DNA of 24,000 nucleotides from Ketobacter sp. (GTDB lineage Bacteria; Pseudomonadota; Gammaproteobacteria; Pseudomonadales; Ketobacteraceae): NCBI RefSeq assembly GCF_003671495.1, contig NZ_RCHN01000023.1, positions 163,296 to 187,295 of the forward strand, read 5' to 3'. Shown piece by piece: positions 17,526 to 23,683 of this stretch (position 1 is its first letter; each line of letters starts with the position of its first letter). The notes under the pieces were generated by a model. It saw only the letters and a program-made list of their open reading frames with translations, ran no database searches and was not told where the DNA came from. The position numbers and the translations under genes were made by a program.

Positions 17526-17678
17526 ATATAAATTATCGTAATAGATAGAACATAAGGGGCAGCAAGCGAAGCGGGTCATTCGAATTACTTAAGCAAAGCC
17601 GCCACCGGGCGCAAAAATAACGCCTTTCATAAGGTTCTTGCCCCCACATCTGGCAATTGTTGGGCGAACCCCTCAATA

Positions 17679-17694
17679 TGGCACGAATTTCGCC
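17679..17694 (+). promoter_or_regulatory. Second sigma54-type promoter, downstream of rtcR
   Basis: TGGCAC-GAATT-TCGCC has GG and GC at the canonical 10-nt spacing and one mismatch in the -12 box. It lies about 40 nt upstream of the SD/ATG of a small ORF. Confidence 0.42.
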
Positions 17695-17734
17695 TTGCAG
17701 GCAGCACACAAACATTTACTGCGCGGAGTGCAGC

Positions 17735-17908
17735 ATGAACACCCATCCATTCACCCTCAACAACCGTGATCACCACCTGGGCGATAAGCACCAGGGGCGA
17801 CGCTGCGCGCGGCTGATCGGTTATGGCGTGGGTGGGCGCTGGCGCTGCAGCGGGTTCGTGGCACTGAGCCCATCGATAATCACAAAACAGGAACAACTCG
17901 ACGTGTAA
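17735..17908 (+). CDS. Hypothetical 57-aa protein (or the body of a ~300-nt sigma54-driven transcript)
   Basis: GGAG lies 6 nt before the ATG at 17735. Third-codon positions are G/C-rich like neighbouring genes. No recognisable motif (MNTHPFTLNNRDHHLGDKHQGRRCARLIGYGVGGRWRC...). Confidence 0.3.
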   Translation: MNTHPFTLNNRDHHLGDKHQGRRCARLIGYGVGGRWRCSGFVALSPSIITKQEQLDV

Positions 17909-17973
17909 GCGCCTTTCAGGATGCACCTGGAAGGCAATCTGCCAACCCGGTGCGCACTGATCCCATTCAGAAG

Positions 17974-18005
17974 CCCCGGTTTGGATATCCTGCCGGGGTT
18001 TTTTG
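17974..18005 (+). terminator. Rho-independent terminator
   Basis: CCCCGG-N13-CCGGGG followed by TTTTTTG. Confidence 0.55.
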
Positions 18006-18099
18006 TTACTTCGATAAAAAGGTCGAAGGCGAAACCACTGCGCAGGCTGCCACGGCAAAAAAGATTGACGAACAAGCGTGAATAAAAGGGGAAAGCGGG

Positions 18100-18657
18100 A
18101 TGACCATTAAAAACTGGATACTGAGATTGGGCGTGTGCGGCACCCCGATCCGCTGGGTCACCCCGGAAAAAGCCGCCACCCTGATGGTAAAAAATCAGGT
18201 GGTATGGTCCCTGGGGGAAAACAGCATCGTCTTAACCGGCGGCCGCGACGGCAACGGCCACACCAGCCAGCTGACCGTGCCGCCCATCGTGGCGACCCGC
18301 AAAGCGGCCAAAACAGCAGACTTTTCACCAGCCCTGGACAATCGCTTTCTGTTCAGGCGCGACCGCAACGTTTGCCTGTACTGCGGCCGCAAGTTTGCAG
18401 CCAGGGACCTGAGCCGTGACCATGTATTCCCCCGCGCCCGGGGTGGGCTGGACGTATGGGAAAACGTCGTCACGGCCTGCAAACCCTGCAACCAGGCCAA
18501 AGCCTGCCGCACACCGGAAGAAGCCGGTATGCCGCTGCTGGCCATACCCTACAAACCGAATGTGTTTGAATTCGCCCTGCTGGCGAACCATCGCATTCTG
18601 GTGGACCAGATGGCGTTTTTGAGTAAGGGGGTTTCCCCGAATTTTAGGATGCCGTGA
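18100..18657 (+). CDS. HNH endonuclease family protein
   Basis: CLYCGRKFAARDLSRDHVFPRARGGLDVWENVVTACKPCNQAK is a CxxC...DH...N...CxxCN HNH motif. This is the last GC-rich gene before the AT-rich block. Confidence 0.85.
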   Translation: MTIKNWILRLGVCGTPIRWVTPEKAATLMVKNQVVWSLGENSIVLTGGRDGNGHTSQLTVPPIVATRKAAKTADFSPALDNRFLFRRDRNVCLYCGRKFAARDLSRDHVFPRARGGLDVWENVVTACKPCNQAKACRTPEEAGMPLLAIPYKPNVFEFALLANHRILVDQMAFLSKGVSPNFRMP

Positions 18658-18901
18658 TGGTGCCGGTGTGCTTATCTCTGAGTGTGATTGGGGGTGGGCA
18701 TGCCGGTTTTTCTTCTTACGTTGAGGTACCCGGATATTATCGCAACTAAAAACCAACTCACAAGAACTATATTGAAGTTCCGTTGCTGATCTTCGGTACT
18801 AATTTCACACTTATAGAATGGGAGTTATTAGGCACTCACTGCCCCTCTGTAACAGTGAGATAGTACGAGCCCTTCGGTCCGTATATTCACTTTTTATGTG
18901 C

Positions 18902-19333
18902 TTACTGCCCAATCGTAAAGTTAATTGGAGCATCTGTATCTGGAACACCATCAACGATCGGATACAGTATTGCTAGCGGTTTACATGCTGGCTCTTGCCC
19001 CTCAACGAGCATGCCTGCAGTTTTTAATGCCGCTATAGAAGTTAATGTTTCTGGAACTTTACTATCAGAAGTTTGCCCAACTTTTGTTATTATACCGTTT
19101 GAAAACTCAGCTGATAGCTCTGATGAACCATACCCAGATTTAAATTTGACTTTCTTCTTCACAGACGGAATGCTGACTACTGATACAGAACTTACACATT
19201 TATCTGTCACAGACATGAATAAATATGGTTTGGGTTCATAATAGGTTAGGCCCTTATCTTTACTATCAAAATCGATCGAAGCGCATCCAGATAGCATTGC
19301 AGCGAAAGCAAAAGACAATCCCACAGTTCTCAT
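18902..19333 (-). CDS. Hypothetical lipoprotein
   Basis: The signal plus lipobox is MRTVGLSFAFAAMLSGC. An AAGGAGG SD precedes the ATG. Confidence 0.7.
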   Translation of the reverse strand: MRTVGLSFAFAAMLSGCASIDFDSKDKGLTYYEPKPYLFMSVTDKCVSSVSVVSIPSVKKKVKFKSGYGSSELSAEFSNGIITKVGQTSDSKVPETLTSIAALKTAGMLVEGQEPACKPLAILYPIVDGVPDTDAPINFTIGQ

Positions 19334-19375
19334 AAATTCCTCCTTTGGTCGTTTAATTGATTCTAAATTCCAATT

Positions 19376-19651
19376 CTAGTTACAACGTATAGAATCAGAT
19401 AGCCTATTCCAATCAAGGAGCCAATATTGCACTGACACACCTACGTATAGGCTATGGTTGCTACCGATATTACCGATACTTTTCTCACCATCATGTTCGA
19501 TCAATTGACCCCATGCCGGATTGATCTCAATTCTTAAAGATTTCACATCAACTAAAGCATCCTGCAACTCAGACAAAAATTCTTGAGCTTCTCATGCCGA
19601 CCATTCATTTACACAAGCGGTACGATTACCTTTCTTATCTATGATGTACAT
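19376..19651 (-). pseudogene. Small ORF interrupted by one in-frame TGA (19592-19594)
   Basis: The minus strand reads ATG(19651) MYIIDKKGNRTACVNEWSA-TGA-EAQEFLSELQDALVDVKSL..., continuous in a single frame with the track ORF 19376..19576. Confidence 0.45.
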
Positions 19652-19661
19652 GCCTTGTTTT

Positions 19662-19745
19662 ATCTAGCGCCTTGCTTTGGGGTCGGAGAGAAGCGCAGCG
19701 GAACGGAGGTCCCAGCCGCATAGCGGCGACAACAGCAAGTTTTTA
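19662..19745 (-). repeat. Possible divergent/degenerate attC downstream of the SIR2-like gene
   Basis: The imperfect palindrome is cttgctttggggtcgg...ccgctatgcggcgacaacagcaag-type arms. The ends are ATCTAGCgcc (compare AACTAACgcc in the family) and GTTTTTA, which overlaps the gene's TAA stop. Spacer geometry is atypical. Confidence 0.35.
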
Positions 19746-20657
19746 AGTGAAATACAGTGCATCATGCACGCTTTTTGTTAAATCCCATATTGCTTCATCA
19801 AATCCTTTTTTTACGACAGTCACACCAGTAATGCTTTTATCCTTGATCCAGTCAATTGTACTATTTGGATAAGGATCAACGATAAATAGGTTTGGGCGAG
19901 CGTTCTCAATTGGCTCCCAAATGTGTTTGTCATGTTGAATGTACTTAATTCCAACCAGAACAACTAACTTAGAAGAAGAGATAATCTCTGAATATTTTTT
20001 CTGTGTATTGGTAATCAGGTTTCGATTCACGACGACCCGTTTTCCCTCTGCATACATTGCCAAAACAGGGCTTAAGTCAGAATTTCTAGGATCTTTGCAC
20101 CATGTCATCACTTCATCGACTGTTGACACTGCCTTTGTTTCAAGACCTTCAACATATGTACCGCAACCGATCATTGTATTTCCTGATATTGTCAATCCTT
20201 TTGGAAGTTGAGGTAAAAAATTGGATGAACCATGAGGCTTTAGTAAATTAATTCCGCCACCATTAGCATTGTAATCGATACCAAAGCCATGATTAGTTAG
20301 GGACTGCTCGATCAACAGATCGTAGTTTAGCGTTACAATATTAATCCGATCTAGGCAACTCCTAAGCTTGTTGAATAAACGAACATAAGCATTATCTGGT
20401 TTCACGGAAAAGCTTGAAAGATAGCAGGCTAATTCTTTCTGTAGTGGGTTGATAACTCTGCTGTCATCCGCAACAGTCGCCATACCCGCCTCAAACCCTT
20501 CAGTTTTAAAAACTCTTTTAGAGTCATTGTTGAGGTTATAGAAAGCGCCCTTTAACTCCTCAAGCTCGCTGAATAGGTCATTTCCCAGCGGTGGGTTTCT
20601 TGGCGAGCAGCCTCCTGAGCCGTAGCTTGCACCCGCACCAAAAATTATACTAATCAG
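19743..20657 (-). CDS. Stand-alone SIR2-like (SIR2_2 family, NADase-type) protein, about 304 aa, with a non-canonical start
   Basis: TLNYDLLIEQ (catalytic Asn) and LLKPHGSSNF (catalytic His) lie in the track ORF. The same frame stays open upstream of the ATG at 20483 and encodes IIFGAGASYGSGG (the NAD-binding GAGxS motif). No ATG/GTG/TTG lies upstream of that motif. AGGAGA (20669-20664) is followed 6 nt later by CTG (20657) and 9 nt later by ATT (20654). Confidence 0.78.
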   Translation of the reverse strand: MISIIFGAGASYGSGGCSPRNPPLGNDLFSELEELKGAFYNLNNDSKRVFKTEGFEAGMATVADDSRVINPLQKELACYLSSFSVKPDNAYVRLFNKLRSCLDRINIVTLNYDLLIEQSLTNHGFGIDYNANGGGINLLKPHGSSNFLPQLPKGLTISGNTMIGCGTYVEGLETKAVSTVDEVMTWCKDPRNSDLSPVLAMYAEGKRVVVNRNLITNTQKKYSEIISSSKLVVLVGIKYIQHDKHIWEPIENARPNLFIVDPYPNSTIDWIKDKSITGVTVVKKGFDEAIWDLTKSVHDALYFT

Positions 20658-20687
20658 AGGTACTCTCCTGCTTAATGGTGACTCGTC

Positions 20688-20801
20688 AATTAACGCCTAC
20701 ATCATGGGAACACGTGGAGTGGAGCCAACTGTGGTAAAGTGCGCGCAGCGCACCACAGTTGGCGCAACGTAGCGGGCTTCCCATGCATGTGATTGTTAGC
20801 C
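20688..20801 (-). repeat. attC-like recombination site (cassette boundary between FRG and SIR2-like genes)
   Basis: Plus strand: AATTAAC-gcc-TACATCATGGGAAC...GAGTGGAGCC AACTGTGGT-N16-ACCACAGTT...GGCTTCCCATGCATGTG-att-GTTAGCC. The arms are complementary with an extra unpaired G in the right arm. Confidence 0.7.
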
Positions 20802-20819
20802 ATGCCGAATTCAGAGCAC

Positions 20820-21641
20820 CTAAACATTAGCGCTCACCTTTATGCCTTCACAAATATCGAGTATTCTATCACCATCAGGATATAGCGCAGAATCAGGTAT
20901 TGGATGAAAGTCATTCTCCCAAAATCCTTCTTTACTGATTTTTATTTTAGCGATTAACCTGGTCGCAAAATCGAGATGCGGCTGCTTCCTCTCGACCTTA
21001 TGTGGAAAGTTACCTAACAAAAAACCTTCTTGAAAATGCGGCCTTAATGCTTCTGACGGACATGTACTCAAGAGTCTGATATTTAACAGCTCTTGCTCAG
21101 CGTAATAGGAAATAGTGCCATTCGGATAAGGGAACCCAAATATGAGTATCAATGCATCATTCGAAGCGTTGTTTAGAGCAAACGACGACGCGACTCTTAA
21201 CGAATGCGTCACGTCTAATAAAGGAGTTGCACAAACTTCATAATGCTGCAAAATCGACCATATTAATTCAGGAAATTTGTAGAGTTTTCTAGAATTTTCA
21301 ATTTTAAGGGTTTGCAGCTTTTCCATAAGCTGGCTTGAACACGCTTCAAGAACGTCGTATCGGTTTCGTAGTTCTCGAATTGTCAGACTTCTACCGGGAC
21401 TGCGATAAATAGTCGGATAAACAGAGGTGGCTCCTGTATTTATTGTGTAGTCCCTCGGTTGGCCTCTGTAAAACAAAGAATGATCAGGATTATGGTTTGA
21501 TATTTTGGCAACGACTTTCACAAGCTCTCTATAAGTCCTGACCTTTAGGGGAGAACTCTTCCTAATATCCTTATTTGAATATTCTACGTCATCGGAAAAT
21601 GAAAGATGACACCAAAATTTTTGATTCCCAAATCCTCTCAT
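20820..21641 (-). CDS. FRG-domain protein (uncharacterised family)
   Basis: LFYRGQPRDY is the (F/Y)RGQ signature. LQHYEVCATPLLDVTHSLRVASSFAL is the FRG-domain QHYG.PT.LLDWT...A..FA-type motif. Confidence 0.78.
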   Translation of the reverse strand: MRGFGNQKFWCHLSFSDDVEYSNKDIRKSSPLKVRTYRELVKVVAKISNHNPDHSLFYRGQPRDYTINTGATSVYPTIYRSPGRSLTIRELRNRYDVLEACSSQLMEKLQTLKIENSRKLYKFPELIWSILQHYEVCATPLLDVTHSLRVASSFALNNASNDALILIFGFPYPNGTISYYAEQELLNIRLLSTCPSEALRPHFQEGFLLGNFPHKVERKQPHLDFATRLIAKIKISKEGFWENDFHPIPDSALYPDGDRILDICEGIKVSANV

Positions 21642-21682
21642 TAGCTATTTCTATCCTCAAATAGTTCGGGGGCAGAATAATT

Positions 21683-21709
21683 GGCTTCCTGTGCATGCGA
21701 TTGTTAGTT
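21683..21709 (-). repeat. attC half-site remnant (only the R''-L'' arm) between the CBASS effector and the FRG gene
   Basis: GGCTTCCTGTGCATGCGATTGTTAGTT matches the right arms at 20775-20801 and 23350-23376. No complementary left arm exists in the 41 nt before the FRG ATG. The TAAC box contains the effector stop codon. Confidence 0.55.
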
Positions 21710-22336
21710 GCCAATTTCGCGCTCTGCTTGCTCATATGTGTTGTATAATTTATCAACTCGACTAACCAGCTTCATACCACCTTTCGTTGCCCTGTCCGTC
21801 CAGTAATGCCCCTCAAGTTCTTCAACTGGAGAACCGTGTATTTCTAGTGCAAAAGAACCATGATGAATCTCGCTTCTAACACCTTGAAGCTCGATTTTCG
21901 GTTCATTTCGATAGACTCCAACAAGCTTAAAGAGATCATCATTTTCTTGCTGTTCGATACTGTGGGCCACCAACACTGATCTAGATTCCTTAGTCATCAA
22001 TCTTAAGCTTAGGAATGTAAGGGATTGCCTAATAACTGCATATCCATATATTGGTGGAATTCCTTCCCCCGTTTCGGGGTTTATCCAACTACTTTTTAAC
22101 TCAACTTTCCAAGTGCCTCTTAAGTCCGGCCGCTTGACATACCAGCCTTTAAATATTTTCCAAGACCACATGTATTTATTAAAGAGCGTAACAAACAATG
22201 TTATGACACCAACAACCGTACTAAATGGCTTTACGAAGTCTGCACTTAGCACAGGCATGCCTTGAAACCAGAGAGCAAGCAACCAAACTGCAATCGTAAG
22301 ACCGATGAATGATGAAATATGAAGTCTAGTTAACAT
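21704..22336 (-). CDS. CBASS effector, Cap15-like (two N-terminal TM helices plus a beta-strand-rich S-2TMbeta domain)
   Basis: The TM helices are ISSFIGLTIAVWLLALWF and FSTVVGVITLFVTLF. The C-terminus is GSFALEIHGSPVEELEGHYWTDRATKGGMKL. The start overlaps the CD-NTase stop (TAATG). Confidence 0.72.
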   Translation of the reverse strand: MLTRLHISSFIGLTIAVWLLALWFQGMPVLSADFVKPFSTVVGVITLFVTLFNKYMWSWKIFKGWYVKRPDLRGTWKVELKSSWINPETGEGIPPIYGYAVIRQSLTFLSLRLMTKESRSVLVAHSIEQQENDDLFKLVGVYRNEPKIELQGVRSEIHHGSFALEIHGSPVEELEGHYWTDRATKGGMKLVSRVDKLYNTYEQAEREIGN

Positions 22337-23235
22337 TATTCATAACCTATGTAGTCCCAGGCATCACTTAAGAACTGATGAGCACTCTCCCTCGTCCATG
22401 GCTGAGATCCTCTGAATAAATATTTCAATTCATTTACTTCGCCCCATTCAGAACAATTGTCGTACGACAACGTATTGTTGAACAGCTCTGCGAGAACTGC
22501 CCTAACCATCGGCTTAAGTGACTGATATTGAAAACATGAATTTGAGGCATTAAATACTAAGCATTCTATCAAAAAACTTGGAGCATCCTTTGCAGACTGA
22601 ATGCCATTTGATGCCATCTCGTTAGATAGTTTCTTTAGTATTCGTACAACTCTTTTGTACCTCCTTGACGTTGCATCATTTTTCTCAACGCCATTTTGGT
22701 AATGTTGCTCTGGCCAATTCTTGACGCTTTGTGGTTTAAAATCATCTGGTATCATCTCTACACCAGAATGATAATATGATGCAGTTACATATCGTCGATG
22801 CTCAAAAAATGCAGCCACATCTGGCTCTACTCGATAAGTGTTTGCCTTTATATCAAAAGCCTTGCTCCCACGAGTAACAGCAGCTCGTCCAAATCGGGCA
22901 ACAAGGGCTTCCTCTAATTCATTCTTGAAAGTGGCATATTCATATGTCGCAGGAACAAAGCTTTCAGAAAGCTCCATTTTCACATTATCATCAGGATAAT
23001 CTGGGAAATAAGTGTCAAAGCATAGGACACCAATATCTACATCACTATCCTGTCTTACATTAACCCGATTTCTGTAAGAGCCTTGCGTAAATACTTTTAT
23101 ATCTCTATTTTTCAACTTATCACTGGCTTGAATTGCCTGTCTTATTTGTCTTTCAGCATTTTCTGCACGCTCTTGCTCCGTCTTTCCTGGTCCTTGCGAC
23201 CATGTAGCAAATACAGATTCCCAATCCCTACTCAT
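22336..23235 (-). CDS. cGAS/DncV-like nucleotidyltransferase (CD-NTase, SMODS domain)
   Basis: FTQGSYRNRVNVRQDSDVDIGV is the GS...DxD motif. The third acidic residue sits in RVEPDVAAF. The C-terminal helical part includes SFLIECLVFN. An AGGAG SD lies 6 nt before the ATG. Confidence 0.85.
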   Translation of the reverse strand: MSRDWESVFATWSQGPGKTEQERAENAERQIRQAIQASDKLKNRDIKVFTQGSYRNRVNVRQDSDVDIGVLCFDTYFPDYPDDNVKMELSESFVPATYEYATFKNELEEALVARFGRAAVTRGSKAFDIKANTYRVEPDVAAFFEHRRYVTASYYHSGVEMIPDDFKPQSVKNWPEQHYQNGVEKNDATSRRYKRVVRILKKLSNEMASNGIQSAKDAPSFLIECLVFNASNSCFQYQSLKPMVRAVLAELFNNTLSYDNCSEWGEVNELKYLFRGSQPWTRESAHQFLSDAWDYIGYE

Positions 23236-23259
23236 TCATTACTCCTAACTAGTAAAAGC

Positions 23260-23376
23260 AACTAACGCCCGCATCAGTGGGCAACCGTAGTGGAGCCCGT
23301 TTTGTGCAAAAATGACCGCAGGGAATGCACAAAACGGTTGGAGCGTAGGTTGCTCCACTGCATGCGATTGTTATAT
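23260..23376 (-). repeat. attC-like recombination site (boundary between the ccdAB cassette and the CBASS cassette)
   Basis: Plus strand: AACTAAC-gcc-CGCATCAGTGGGCAACC...CCGTTTTGTGCA-N17-TGCACAAAACGG...GGTTGCTCCACTGCATGCG-att-GTTATAT. The inner stem is a perfect 12 bp, and the right arm carries extra unpaired bases. Confidence 0.7.
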
Positions 23377-23437
23377 GATTGATGCCCATACGCCATGCGC
23401 ACGCCTTGCCAACAATTATGTAGATAGGGGCAAAACC

Positions 23438-23683
23438 ATGCAACAACCTTATAATTCCCAGGCCCCTAAAAAGCCCACTAATGTCAGTATAAACAGTGAC
23501 TTACTATCAAAAGCCAAGGCGCTGAAGATCAATTTATCCGCAACTCTCGAAACCGCCCTAATTGAGCTAGTTAATGAGAAGCAGCGCGAGTTATGGCGCG
23601 AAGAGAACCGAGATACCATTGCTTCATACAATCAGATGGTAGAAGAACATGGCACCCTCAGTGATGATCTGAGGTCCTTTTAA
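23438..23683 (+). CDS. ccdA: CcdA-family antitoxin
   Basis: KKPTNVSINSDLLSKAKALKINLSATLETALIELVNEKQRELWREENRDTIASYNQMVEEHGTLSDDLRSF is typical of CcdA. The start is moved to the ATG at 23438, because the track ORF from 23312 runs through the attC. Confidence 0.85.
   Translation: MQQPYNSQAPKKPTNVSINSDLLSKAKALKINLSATLETALIELVNEKQRELWREENRDTIASYNQMVEEHGTLSDDLRSF

Noticed and set aside
17533-18075. Minus-strand ORFs 17627..18058 (143 aa), 17821..18075 (84 aa) and 17533..17715, and the long 83-aa form of the plus ORF (17657).
   Set aside because: Their composition is Trp/Arg/Cys/His-rich and not protein-like, and they have no SD. They run across a plus-strand promoter-like motif and terminator. 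Only the SD-preceded 57-codon plus-strand frame is kept, at low confidence.
18662-18707. A rho-independent terminator after the HNH gene (GCCGGTGTGC...GGGCATGCCGG followed by TTTTT).
   Set aside because: The stem relies on a self-complementary CCGG core plus several G-U pairs, with a ~20-nt loop. It is too weak to call as a feature, although the T-run is suggestive.
19592-19594. The in-frame TGA as selenocysteine or programmed readthrough.
   Set aside because: No SECIS-like hairpin is evident immediately downstream, and the context is an AT-rich cassette gene of unknown function. A nonsense mutation or sequencing error is the simpler explanation.
20688-23376. The repeated ~115-bp elements as a CRISPR array or MITEs.
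   Set aside because: The elements are separated by whole genes (0.9-2.5 kb) rather than by short spacers. They are imperfect palindromes with conserved ends and a variable centre. There are no flanking target-site duplications or terminal inverted repeats of MITE type. attC geometry fits better.
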